Assembly: GCA_050949565.1 (NCBI GenBank)
Contig: JBMNFY010000006.1
Coordinates: 147,941-211,940, forward strand
DNA: 64,000 bases
Origin: Kiritimatiellia bacterium
GTDB taxonomy: Bacteria > Verrucomicrobiota > Kiritimatiellia > RFP12 > UBA1067
Direction of reading: 5' to 3'
Below are positions 31,789 through 41,776 of this stretch, piece after piece (position 1 is the stretch's first letter; every line of letters begins with the position of its first letter). Below the pieces are notes generated by a model. The model was not told the DNA's origin. It saw only the letters and a program-made list of their open reading frames with translations, and did no database searches. Position numbers and translations under genes: made by a program.

Positions 31789-33018
31789 ATGCGCGGATCA
31801 TTTTTTGTATGGGCGGCGTTGGCCGGTTGCATGGCGTTGCAAATGCGGGCTGCCGATTGGACGCAGTGGCGCGGTAGCAACCGTGATTTGATCGTTACGG
31901 GGGAAAAACTGGCCGCGACCTGGCCGGAGGGCGGTCCTAAACGGCTGTGGCTGGCCGAGTTGCCGGGCGAAGGGTATTCCGAGCCGATCGTGGCGCAAGG
32001 CACGTTGTTTGTTACCGGTAGTACCGGTGATAAGAAGAGCCGCGTGGGGCACCTGTTCGCGCTCGACCCGAAAAGCGGCGCGATCCGCTGGCAGGTGGAG
32101 TACGGGCCGGAGTGGGGGGCCTCGTATGAGTTCGCGCGTACCTCGCCGACGTTTCACGAAGGGCGTCTCTACTTGGTCGGCGGGCTCGGGCATGTGGTGT
32201 GCATTGATGCGAAAAAGGGCGATATCGTATGGCGCGTCGATAGCCATGCAGAGTTCGGCGGGCGCAACATCACGTGGGGCATCGCCGACAATCCGCTGAT
32301 TTACGACGGTAAGGTGATCTGTCAGCCGGGCGGCCCGGATGCCGCCGTGGTGGCGCTCGATATCAAAACCGGTCGGCCGGTGTGGAAGAGCAAGGGGTTG
32401 AGCGAGCGCAGCGCCTACTGTTCGCCGGCCCTGCTGACGCTCAACGGGCGGCGTCAGGTGGTCACCATGTTGGAGGATCATGTGGTGGGACTCGACGCAC
32501 AGAGCGGCGAGCCGCTCTGGAAGCACCCGCACCGTAACAAACACGCGGTTCATCCCAACACACCGGTGCTGTGCGGTAAGGATCGCATTTTCATCTCTTC
32601 GGGTTACGCCCTCGGTTCTGAGATTCTGGAGATCGCGGGTGGCACGGTCAAGCAGGTCTGGACCGATAAGTCCTCCGACAACCACTTTCAGGGCGTGGCG
32701 TTCTACAAGGGCCGTATCTTTTCGTCGGGCGGCGGGCGACTCACCTGCTTCGATCCGGCGGACGGACGCGTGGTGTACAACGTGGAGGGCGCGAAAAAAA
32801 CATCTTTCTGTATCACACCCGTCGGCATGATCACGTATGACGAGCGCGGCGGGACGGTGATGTTGGTGGAGGTCGGGGCTGACAGCCATCGGGTGATTGC
32901 CTCGTTCAAGATCGATTATGGCAACGGGCCGCACTGGTCCTCGCCAGTGATTTCGGATGGCGTTCTGTATCTGCGTCGCGGCAAGGGCATTGCCGCGTTT
33001 GCGGTGGGCGCCCAGTAG
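31789..33018 (+). CDS. PQQ-binding-like beta-propeller protein
   Basis: ADWTQWRGSNRD..WPEGGPKRLW..GYSEP, repeated ALDxxxGxxxW, WSSPVISDGVLYLR; RBS GGAGG. Confidence 0.9.
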   Translation: MRGSFFVWAALAGCMALQMRAADWTQWRGSNRDLIVTGEKLAATWPEGGPKRLWLAELPGEGYSEPIVAQGTLFVTGSTGDKKSRVGHLFALDPKSGAIRWQVEYGPEWGASYEFARTSPTFHEGRLYLVGGLGHVVCIDAKKGDIVWRVDSHAEFGGRNITWGIADNPLIYDGKVICQPGGPDAAVVALDIKTGRPVWKSKGLSERSAYCSPALLTLNGRRQVVTMLEDHVVGLDAQSGEPLWKHPHRNKHAVHPNTPVLCGKDRIFISSGYALGSEILEIAGGTVKQVWTDKSSDNHFQGVAFYKGRIFSSGGGRLTCFDPADGRVVYNVEGAKKTSFCITPVGMITYDERGGTVMLVEVGADSHRVIASFKIDYGNGPHWSSPVISDGVLYLRRGKGIAAFAVGAQ

Positions 33019-33027
33019 GAGTTCAAC

Positions 33028-34209
33028 ATGAAACGTATGATGTGTAGAGCTGTGTTGGCGGGTGTCGCGGTTGCGGCTGTGACAGGGTGTATGACAGATA
33101 AAGGAGCGTGCAAGAAAATGAGTAAGGGATGTGAGCCTTCGGTAGTAGTTAAACCTTTTGGCAAGACCAAGGACGGCCAGTTGGTGCAGCAGTACACGTT
33201 GACCGGCGCGGGCGGCGTGGTGATGGATGTGATCGATTACGGCGGCAAGGTTGTGCGTCTGTTCACGCCGGATCGCACGGGCGCCAAGACCGACATTACG
33301 CTGGGCTTTAATGATGTCGCGGGCTATGAGACGCACGACCCTTATTTCGGTTCGCTGATCGGACGCTACGGCAACCGTATCGCGAACGGCAAGTTTGTTC
33401 TGGACGGCAAGACCTATACCCTGCCGACCAACAACGATCCGGGCGGGATGCCCTGTTCGTTGCACGGCGGCAAGCGGGGCTTCGATGCCTATGTGTGGGA
33501 CAGCGAGCCGCTTTCTGACGGTCGGACCGTGGGCGTGCAGTTCAAGATGCGCAGCCCCGACGGTGACCAAGGTTATCCTGGCAATCTGGACGTGACCGTG
33601 CGCTACTGGCTCACGCCGGAGAATGTGTGGCGCATCGAGTATGAGGCGGTGACCGACAAGGCGACGCCGGTCAACCTGACCCAGCACCTCTATTTCAACT
33701 TCAAGGGCGAGGCTGAAGGCACGATCCTGGATCATGAATTGACGCTCATGGCGGACCGCATGACGCCGGTCAACAAAGGCCTGATCCCCACCGGCGAGGT
33801 GGTGCCGGTCAAAGGCACGCCGTTTGATTTCACGACGCCTTGGCCGATCGGCGCGCGTATCAAGGCTGATAACGAACAGCTTCGCTTCGGCGGCGGCTAC
33901 GACCACAACTGGGTGCTGAACAACCAGAGCGGCAAACTCGCGCCAGCCGCCGCGCTCTATGAGAAGACCACAGGGCGTTACATGGAGGTGTGGACCACCG
34001 AGCCCGCGATCCAGTTCTACTGTGGCAACTTCCTGACTGATCAGGTGCCCAGCAAAAAGCCGGGCAAGAACCTCTGTTACCGCGGCGGCTTGGCACTTGA
34101 GACGCAGCACTCGCCCGACTCGCCTAATCAGCCGGCGTTCCCGTCGACGATCCTGCGCCCCGGCGCGGTCTATAAATCAACGACTGAGTACCGCTTCGGC
34201 GTCAGGTAA
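33028..34209 (+). CDS. galM: Aldose 1-epimerase (galactose mutarotase), lipoprotein
   Basis: GRYGNRIANG, SLHGG, GDQGYPGNL, NLTQHLYFN, GYDHNW, LETQHSPDSPN. Confidence 0.95.
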   Translation: MKRMMCRAVLAGVAVAAVTGCMTDKGACKKMSKGCEPSVVVKPFGKTKDGQLVQQYTLTGAGGVVMDVIDYGGKVVRLFTPDRTGAKTDITLGFNDVAGYETHDPYFGSLIGRYGNRIANGKFVLDGKTYTLPTNNDPGGMPCSLHGGKRGFDAYVWDSEPLSDGRTVGVQFKMRSPDGDQGYPGNLDVTVRYWLTPENVWRIEYEAVTDKATPVNLTQHLYFNFKGEAEGTILDHELTLMADRMTPVNKGLIPTGEVVPVKGTPFDFTTPWPIGARIKADNEQLRFGGGYDHNWVLNNQSGKLAPAAALYEKTTGRYMEVWTTEPAIQFYCGNFLTDQVPSKKPGKNLCYRGGLALETQHSPDSPNQPAFPSTILRPGAVYKSTTEYRFGVR

Positions 34210-34229
34210 GCGAAAGCAAGGAGAGAACA

Positions 34230-36065
34230 ATGGGTATCCTAGACATTGTCATTTTTGTGGGATTCATCGCGGCGGTGATCGGCGTCGGTCTCTGGAAGAG
34301 CAAGAGTGCGCAGAGTCAAGATAGCGACGCTGCAGATTACTTTCTGGCGGGACGTGGGCTGACCTGGTGGTTGATCGGCATCTCGCTGATCGCGGCCAAC
34401 ATTTCGGCGGAGCAGTTTGTCGGTATGTCCGGTCAAGCCGCATCCTATCTGGGCATCGCAATCGCCAGTTACGAGTGGATGGCGGCGGTTACGCTGGTCT
34501 TTGTGGCGTTCGCCTTTTTGCCCTATTTCTTGAGGACGGGGATCTACACGATTCCTGGTTTTCTTGAGCACCGCTATAACAAACATGCGCGCTCGATCAT
34601 GGCCCTCTTCATGATGGTGATCTTGGTCGGCGTGTCGCTGTGCGGTGTGATCTATGCCGGCGCGTTGCCGATGCGTGACCTGCTGGCGCACGCGGGAGTG
34701 AAGGTGTCGCTGGTGGCCTGTTGCTGGATCATGGGCGTGCTGGCCGCCGGTTATGTGGCGGCAGGCGGCCTCAAAGCCTGCGCGTGGGCCGACCTGATGC
34801 AGGGCACGGCGTTGACCCTTGGCGGCGCGTTGATCGCCTTTTTCGCGTTTCAGGCGTTGGGTGTCGCCAACGTTGCCGAACTGGCGCACGGGGTCGGCGC
34901 GACCACCGCGCCCAACGCGGTGCCGCCAGTGGTGACGGCTGAGATGGGGGCGTTCCAGCGCTTCTTTACGCTCAATGCCGACAAGCTTCACATGTTCCTG
35001 CCCAAGACCGATACCATCATTCCGTGGACGGCGCTCTGCCTGGGGCTCTGGATTCCCAACATCTACTACTGGGGCTTGAACCAGTACATCACGCAGCGCA
35101 CGCTCGGTTCGGCCTCGCTGGCTGAGGGCCAGAAGGGTATTGTTTTCGCGGCGGCGCTGAAACTGCTGATCCCCTTCATCATCGTTTTCCCCGGCATCAT
35201 TGCTTTCAACCTGTTTGACAAGGACATGGCGGACAGCGCGGTTGCCGACTATGTAGTTGCGCACGAGGCGGGCGTCAAAAAGGATCTCGGTTTCACCGTG
35301 CTCGCACCCTCCGAAGCGTGGCAGGCGAAAAATGCGGACAAGATGCCGATCGTGACGGCCTACAACGCGGAGGTGACCACCAAGGCCGCCGCTGCGCAGA
35401 AGAGCACGACCGTCGCGTACAAGAGCGATACCGCGCTGGGCCTGCTGATCGCCAAGCTGTGCATGGGCAAGAAGGGGCTCTTCGGGTTCATCATCGCGGC
35501 ACTGCTGGGTGCGATTGTCTCGTCGCTCGCCGCCGTGCTCAATGCGGCCTCCACGATCTTCGCGATCGACATCTACAGCGAGTACATCAACAAGCAGGCT
35601 TCGCAAAAGCAGCTCGTTGCGATCGGTCGCATCAGCGTGGGTGTCTTCGTGGTCATCGGTTGCGTGGTGGCGCCGTTGCTGGACGATCCGAAGTTCGGCG
35701 GCATCTTCACCTACATCCAAGAGTTCCAAGGCTATGTCTCGCCTGGCGTTCTGGCGGTCTTTATTTTCGGCCTGCTCAACCGGACAGCAAGCGGTGCGAC
35801 CGGTGTGACGGGGCTGTTGCTGAACCCGGTGCTCTACTACCTCTTCAAGCGTTATCTGCCGCAACTCGACTTCCTCAACCGCATGGCGCTCTGCATGATC
35901 ATCGTGCTGGCGGTCATGACAGTGATGGGGTTTGTGACCCGGCTGCCCAAGCCGGTGGTGTTCCAATCCAACACGCAGATCAATCTGGAAAGTTCGAAGG
36001 GCGCCAAGTGGGGCGGCATCGCAGTGGTGATCGCAACGGCGATCCTGTACATCATCTTCCGTTAG
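34230..36065 (+). CDS. Sodium:solute (sugar) symporter, SSS family
   Basis: DYFLAGRGLTWWLIGISLIAANISAEQFVGMSG, YWGLNQYITQRTL, multiple TM helices. Confidence 0.95.
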   Translation: MGILDIVIFVGFIAAVIGVGLWKSKSAQSQDSDAADYFLAGRGLTWWLIGISLIAANISAEQFVGMSGQAASYLGIAIASYEWMAAVTLVFVAFAFLPYFLRTGIYTIPGFLEHRYNKHARSIMALFMMVILVGVSLCGVIYAGALPMRDLLAHAGVKVSLVACCWIMGVLAAGYVAAGGLKACAWADLMQGTALTLGGALIAFFAFQALGVANVAELAHGVGATTAPNAVPPVVTAEMGAFQRFFTLNADKLHMFLPKTDTIIPWTALCLGLWIPNIYYWGLNQYITQRTLGSASLAEGQKGIVFAAALKLLIPFIIVFPGIIAFNLFDKDMADSAVADYVVAHEAGVKKDLGFTVLAPSEAWQAKNADKMPIVTAYNAEVTTKAAAAQKSTTVAYKSDTALGLLIAKLCMGKKGLFGFIIAALLGAIVSSLAAVLNAASTIFAIDIYSEYINKQASQKQLVAIGRISVGVFVVIGCVVAPLLDDPKFGGIFTYIQEFQGYVSPGVLAVFIFGLLNRTASGATGVTGLLLNPVLYYLFKRYLPQLDFLNRMALCMIIVLAVMTVMGFVTRLPKPVVFQSNTQINLESSKGAKWGGIAVVIATAILYIIFR

Positions 36066-36234
36066 TGCCTTGCGGCTCGACGGGCACGATAAAAAACAAG
36101 TTGTTTGTTTAACGCAGAGGCGCAGAGGCGCAGAGGTTTTTTGGGGGTAACGCGCTCCCGGACAAACTAATGCACTCATGCACTAATTAACTAATTAACT
36201 TGGGTTGCGGGCTTCGCCCGCATTAGGAGGTTTT

Positions 36235-36798
36235 ATGGCTGAAGGAAGCAAGGTGGCGGAGCGCGTGCGGAATTACCGTGAGCGCTTGTCGATGACGATC
36301 GAAACCCTGGCCGAAAAGTCCGGGGTCAGCGCAGAGGTGATCACGGCGGTCGAAGCCGGTGAGGTCTACCCCGCGTTGGGGGTGCTGGTCAAACTTTCGC
36401 GGGCGCTGGGCCAGCGCCTCGGAACCTTCATGGACGACCAGTACAAGGACGACCCATTGATCGTCCGCGCCGGCGAACGTTCCGGCGAGCAGGTCTCGCA
36501 TAAGGCGCAGGCGTCCGGCGGGTTCGTCTACATGCCGCTAGGGCGCGGCAAGACCGACCGCCACATGGAGCCGTTCTATATCCAGATTGCCGGGGATGCC
36601 CAAGCGCATTTCTCATCGCACGAAGGTGAGGAGTTTATCATCGTCATGGAAGGCGAGATCGAGCTGGTTTATGGCGAAGAGACGCATCTGCTCAAGTCCG
36701 GCGATTCGGCTTACTACAACTCAGTCGTGCAACACCGGGTCTCTGCCGCGAATGGCCAGCCGGCCACGATCTACGCGGTGATCTTTATGCCGTTCTAA
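36235..36798 (+). CDS. XRE-family HTH regulator with cupin domain
   Basis: N-terminal HTH; HMEPF, SHEGEEFIIV, GDSAYYNS cupin motifs; RBS AGGAGG. Confidence 0.9.
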   Translation: MAEGSKVAERVRNYRERLSMTIETLAEKSGVSAEVITAVEAGEVYPALGVLVKLSRALGQRLGTFMDDQYKDDPLIVRAGERSGEQVSHKAQASGGFVYMPLGRGKTDRHMEPFYIQIAGDAQAHFSSHEGEEFIIVMEGEIELVYGEETHLLKSGDSAYYNSVVQHRVSAANGQPATIYAVIFMPF

Positions 36799-36814
36799 TG
36801 CGCGGAGCCGTATA

Positions 36815-38557
36815 ATGGAGAAAGATTTGTTTAAGTTGACCGATCCCTTTGGCAGTGCGCCGAGCCGACCGCCCTTCAAGCAGTCGGTCTCAACTGGAGT
36901 GCCGTGGAATAACCTGCCGATCACGCGGGACTACACACTGGGGCAGTTGCTCGATCAGACGATTGCGCGCTGCGGTCCGCAGGATGCCTTGGTCTATGCC
37001 GACCGCGACTTCCGCTTGACGTGGTACGAGTTCGGCGAAGAGGTCGACCGGCTGGCCCGCGGCCTGATGACGCTGGGCGTCAAGCGCGGCGAGAAGGTCG
37101 CGCTGTGGGCCACCAACGTCCCGCACTGGATCCCGCTGATGTTTGCGACCGCCAAGATCGGCGCCATTCTGCTGCCGCTCAATACGAACTACAAGTCGGC
37201 GGAGATTGACTTCGCGCTCAAGCAGTCGGACACCGAAAACCTCTTTCTGATCAACGGGTTTCGCGACACGGACTACGTACAGACGCTTTATGACTTGATT
37301 CCTGAACTGCGGGAGCAGCCGCGCGGCCAACTTGTGTCCAAGAACTACCCGTGTCTGAAGCGCGTCTTTTTCTTGGGTCCAGAAAAGCACCGCGGCATGT
37401 ACTCGGTCAATGAAGTTTTCGCGCTGGCCGTGCAGACGCCGCAGGCCGAATATGAGGCCCGCCAACGTGAAGTAAGCTGCCATGATGTCGTGAACATGCA
37501 GTATACTTCCGGCACCACCGGTTTTCCCAAGGGGGTGCAGCTCACGCACTACAACATTGCGAACGACGGTTTCTGGATCGGTGCGTGCCAGAATCTCTCG
37601 GCGGTGGATCGCGTGTGTATTCCTGTGCCGCTCTTCCACTGTTTCGGCTGCGTGTTGGGTGTGATGGCTTGCGTCAACCATGGCGCGACCATGGTGCTGG
37701 TGGAAAAATACGATCCCGTCAACGTCATGATGTCGGTCGAAAAAGAGCGCTGTACCGCTGTGTACGGGGTGCCGACCATGTACATTGCCATACTCGACCA
37801 CCCGCTCTTCGATAAGTTTGATTTTTCCACCTTGCGTACCGGCTTGATGTCCGGCTCGCCCTGTCCGGTCAAGCGCATGCAGCAGTGTGTGGATCAGATG
37901 TACATGCGCGAAGTCTCGATTCCGTACGGGCTGACCGAGACCGGCCCGGTGATGACGCAGACCCGTTATTTCGAGCCGAGTCTCGAGCGCAAGTGTACGA
38001 CCATCGGTCAGGCGCTGCCCGGCATCGAGGTCGCAATCATCAATCCCGAGACCGGCGAACTCTGCGCCATCAACGAGCCGGGCGAGATCTGCTGCCGTGG
38101 CTACAACGTGATGGCCGGCTACTACAAAGAACCGGAAATGACCGCCAAATGTATCGATGCCAACGGCTGGGCGCACTCGGGCGACATCGGCCACATGGAC
38201 GAACAGGGTTACTACTTCATCACTGGACGTCTGAAAGACCTGATTATCCGTGGTGGCGAAAACATCTCGCCCAAAGAGGTCGAGGATTTCATCGGCCACA
38301 TGCCGGGGGTGCAGGACGTGCAGATTGTGGGTGTCCCCAGCAAAAAATATGGCGAGCAGCCCGGTGCTTTTGTCATCCCCATGCCGGACGCGGAGATTAC
38401 CGAGCAGGATGTCGAGGATTATTGCCGCAACAAGATCGCCTGGTTCAAAATCCCGAAGTACATCCACTTCTTGGAGAGCTACCCGCAGACCGCCAGCGGC
38501 AAGATCCAGAAATACAAGCTGCGCGAATTGGCCGCACAGCTCTGGCCGGACGCATGA
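36815..38557 (+). CDS. AMP-binding acyl-CoA synthetase
   Basis: QYTSGTTGFPKG, PLFHCFG, YGLTETGP, HSGDIG, GRLKDLIIRGGENI, TASGKIQK. Confidence 0.95.
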   Translation: MEKDLFKLTDPFGSAPSRPPFKQSVSTGVPWNNLPITRDYTLGQLLDQTIARCGPQDALVYADRDFRLTWYEFGEEVDRLARGLMTLGVKRGEKVALWATNVPHWIPLMFATAKIGAILLPLNTNYKSAEIDFALKQSDTENLFLINGFRDTDYVQTLYDLIPELREQPRGQLVSKNYPCLKRVFFLGPEKHRGMYSVNEVFALAVQTPQAEYEARQREVSCHDVVNMQYTSGTTGFPKGVQLTHYNIANDGFWIGACQNLSAVDRVCIPVPLFHCFGCVLGVMACVNHGATMVLVEKYDPVNVMMSVEKERCTAVYGVPTMYIAILDHPLFDKFDFSTLRTGLMSGSPCPVKRMQQCVDQMYMREVSIPYGLTETGPVMTQTRYFEPSLERKCTTIGQALPGIEVAIINPETGELCAINEPGEICCRGYNVMAGYYKEPEMTAKCIDANGWAHSGDIGHMDEQGYYFITGRLKDLIIRGGENISPKEVEDFIGHMPGVQDVQIVGVPSKKYGEQPGAFVIPMPDAEITEQDVEDYCRNKIAWFKIPKYIHFLESYPQTASGKIQKYKLRELAAQLWPDA

Positions 38558-38721
38558 GAGAGTGAATAGTGAATAACGAATAACTAATCTCGCTGTGCGC
38601 TGGGAGGGACAAGCGTCTGCTTGTCCGGCGGCGGCTCAGCCACCGCTTTTGTGAACGCTCAACTTCAACTCTCAATGTTCAACATGATGGACAGGATAAG
38701 AGGACGTAGGCTTGGTGATGT

Positions 38722-39537
38722 ATGACAGCGGACTTTTTTGCAGGACTTGAGCGCTTATACACAAGCTACGTTGAGTCATTCCGGAACGCCGACGGCGTTT
38801 TGCCGGAAATGATCGGGCTTAAGTTGCGGCATACGCGCGGTGTGGTTGATAATGCCGCCTTGATAGCGGAAGGGGAGGGGTGGTCTTCTGAAGACGCTTT
38901 CATGGGGCGGGCGGGTGCGCTGCTGCACGACACGGGGCGGTATTCACAGTGGCAAGAGTTCGGAACATTTCAAGACTCGAAGTCGGTCGATCATGCGCAG
39001 CGGGGCGTCGAGGTCATCACGCGGGAAGGCTGGCTCTCCGGCTTGACGGCGGCAGAGCGCAAGATGGTGCTTGCGGCAGTCGCGGTACACAACCGCAAAG
39101 AGTTGCCGGATGGGCTCGACGCTAAGACTGCCGCACAGGCGCACTTGGTACGGGATGCGGACAAGCTGGACATTTTACGCGTATTTGAGACGGCCGTAGC
39201 GGACGGGATGTTGAACCGCAATCCTGAGATGGCGTGGGAGTTGCGGATGGATGGGCCACCTTCACCGGATGTTTTACAGGCGGTTGCCGCCGGAGTTAGC
39301 ATTGATTACGCGCAGGTCAAATCTCTGGCGGATTTCATCCTGATTCAGGTAGGATGGCTGCCGTGCGGCTTTCATTACAACACAGCTTTACGACTGGCCG
39401 CAGAGCGCAAGGCACTCGAATTCCGAGAAAGCTTTTTAACTGAACGATGCGGACATGATGTCTTTGAAGCGTGTTTTAGCAGGGTGAGGCGGCGGATGTC
39501 CATGCGTTTGGCCGCGACGGAGGCTGTTGGCTACTGA
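38722..39537 (+). CDS. HD-domain phosphohydrolase
   Basis: LKLRHT, LLHDTGR, DHAQ, VHN, VRDADKLDI. Confidence 0.88.
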   Translation: MTADFFAGLERLYTSYVESFRNADGVLPEMIGLKLRHTRGVVDNAALIAEGEGWSSEDAFMGRAGALLHDTGRYSQWQEFGTFQDSKSVDHAQRGVEVITREGWLSGLTAAERKMVLAAVAVHNRKELPDGLDAKTAAQAHLVRDADKLDILRVFETAVADGMLNRNPEMAWELRMDGPPSPDVLQAVAAGVSIDYAQVKSLADFILIQVGWLPCGFHYNTALRLAAERKALEFRESFLTERCGHDVFEACFSRVRRRMSMRLAATEAVGY

Positions 39538-39557
39538 TAAGGACGCGGAGGACAAAA

Positions 39558-40919
39558 ATGTGGATCAAACTGATTTCACCCAAAGTCACGATGCGTCCTA
39601 TGGACTCCGCGTTCAAAATGCAGATGTCGCCATCCTTGGCGTTGCTCGTTCTGGGCGCGCTGACCCCGCGTCAACACAAGGTTACGGTCTGCGACGAAAA
39701 TGTCGAGCGTCTAGATCTGCGCGACCCTCCCGATCTCGTCGGCATCACGGTCAAAGCCGACACCGCTGATCGATCATGGGATATTGCGCAAGCCTATCGC
39801 GCGAAGGGTATTCCTGTTGTCATTGGCGGTATTCACCCGACCGCGTGCCCGGAGGAGAGTGCGCCCCATGCGGATGCCATTGTTATCGGTGAAGCCGAGC
39901 CGGTGTGGGCGGACGTTCTGGCGGACGCACAGGCCGGGAAGTTGAGGCCGTCGTACGGCAGCGCCACGCCGATTTCGCTGGATCAGACTCCGATACCGCG
40001 ATGGGAACTGATCGACAAGAAACGTTACCTTTTTACCAACACATTGACGATCGGTAGAGGCTGCCCGTGGCACTGCTCCTTCTGCTACAACAGCTCTCCC
40101 AACCTGCCCAAGGGGTACCGTGCGAAGCCTATCGAAAATGTACTGGCTGAGATCGCGTCGCTCAACTCTCGCCACGTTATGTTCATTGACGACAACTTTA
40201 TTGCCGATCCCGCATACGCGCGCCAACTGCTTCAGGCGTTCCGTCCCCTGCACTTGACGTGGCATACGGCGGTCAGCGCGGATATCGGTCAGCATGACGA
40301 CATCCTCGACCTGATGGTGGAGACGGGGTGCCGCAGTCTCTTCATCGGATTTGAGAGCTTGAATCCCGCAAATCTGCGCACGGCCAACAAGTTGCAAAAC
40401 AAGCGTGAAAAATACGAAGACCTTGTGCGTAAGATTCACGGTCGCGGGATGATGGTCAACGCAAGTGTGGTCTTTGGGTTTGATGAGGATGGTCCGGAGG
40501 TGTTTGAACAAACAACCGACTGGCTCATCTCCCAGAGGATCGAAACGATGACAGCGCATATTCTCACCCCGTATCCCGGAACGGCGTTGTACACGCGGTT
40601 GCTGAGTGAAGGCCGGATTTTCGATCATGATTTCACACACTACAACACGTCCCGCGCTGTCTTCCGCCCGGCGAAAATGACCGCGAAGGAACTCGAATCT
40701 GGATACTTGGACGCGTACAAACATTTTTACTCCCTGCGCAGCATTTTCGCGCGAATGCCAAAATATGACGGCGGCCGTGTGCCATACCTGCTCTTCAATC
40801 TTTGCTACAGAAAATACGGTGGCCTCGTGTCCTTTCTCGCATCACCGAGACTCATGCGGTTTTTCGGCGCTCTCGGCACCTCGCTTTCCTACCCGGACTT
40901 GCGCGGGGAAGTTCATTAG
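39558..40919 (+). CDS. B12-binding domain radical SAM protein
   Basis: VVIGGIHPT, GEAE, GRGCPWHCSFC (CxxxCxxC), FIDDNF, IGFES, LTPYPGT. Confidence 0.93.
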   Translation: MWIKLISPKVTMRPMDSAFKMQMSPSLALLVLGALTPRQHKVTVCDENVERLDLRDPPDLVGITVKADTADRSWDIAQAYRAKGIPVVIGGIHPTACPEESAPHADAIVIGEAEPVWADVLADAQAGKLRPSYGSATPISLDQTPIPRWELIDKKRYLFTNTLTIGRGCPWHCSFCYNSSPNLPKGYRAKPIENVLAEIASLNSRHVMFIDDNFIADPAYARQLLQAFRPLHLTWHTAVSADIGQHDDILDLMVETGCRSLFIGFESLNPANLRTANKLQNKREKYEDLVRKIHGRGMMVNASVVFGFDEDGPEVFEQTTDWLISQRIETMTAHILTPYPGTALYTRLLSEGRIFDHDFTHYNTSRAVFRPAKMTAKELESGYLDAYKHFYSLRSIFARMPKYDGGRVPYLLFNLCYRKYGGLVSFLASPRLMRFFGALGTSLSYPDLRGEVH

Positions 40920-41363
40920 TGCGTTAGTTCATTAGTGCATTAGTTTGCTTTGGCATGGCTCAGTTTTTTCAAACAGAGGTTTTTTTCGGAGGGTGCTACT
41001 CCAGCCGCAGGTCGCGCGTCGAACGTCGCGGGTCAACCTCTCTTGTTGCGGCCACGCAGTGGCTCGCAGCCGTGAGAGTAAAAGCGCTGTCCTGCTTTTT
41101 CGCCGCGCAGCGGCAGGGCGGTGTGCAAAAGCGGTGCCGCGAGCCGCGCACAACGCGGCTCTTGCCACCGCACTCCAAATTTTCGCACTTACTTGAGCGT
41201 TTTCTAGGACTGCCAAAAACGCCAAGATGCCCCTGTTTTTCATGTCAAAAAAAGAAACCCGAAACCAAGGGAAGTGTGCGCATCAGCCTTTTGCAAGACA
41301 CGTTGTTGCGGGCGAGGACGCCCGCGCCCGACTCACTGCTCTCCTTTTCACCGGAGACGTACA

Positions 41364-41436
41364 ATCTTCGCACACCCCTGTCACCAACCGATTACGCAAG
41401 ACTGCCAATTGACAAGGAAAAGAAAGTCGATATGAT
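41364..41436 (+). promoter_or_regulatory. Conserved upstream motif plus sigma70-like promoter
   Basis: Motif ATCTTCGC..CTGTCACCAACCGATTAC (41364-41395), also present at 46655. TTGACA at 41409-41414, 16-bp spacer, TATGAT at 41431-41436. Confidence 0.6.
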
Positions 41437-41776
41437 CCATTGATCTAGCTCGGCCTAGGAAAAACCAGCACGAAAGGACGGCATGACGATACAAAAAACA
41501 GCGGTCTCGTACGGGAAGATAAAGATGTTGGGGTGGGGTGGTGGACTGGTTACCATGCTCACCATTTGGGGCGTCTTTGTTGCGCAGGAGTGTACGGCTG
41601 CGGTCGTTGGAGAGAGTGCGCCCCCGGTTTACACCGCGCCTGATCCGCTCGACATGTGGTGGACGTTCGGGGCGCACGAGCCTTATACGATGTACCGGCG
41701 CATGGGCGTGAGGTCCACTGGCGGTATCCACGGAAACTGCCATTGGCTGCCCGAGTGGTTCAAGTGGTGGGATTCG

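Noticed and set aside
31798-38467. Long minus-strand ORFs (770, 646 and 525 aa)
   Set aside because: Antisense shadows of well-supported plus-strand genes; no recognisable motifs.
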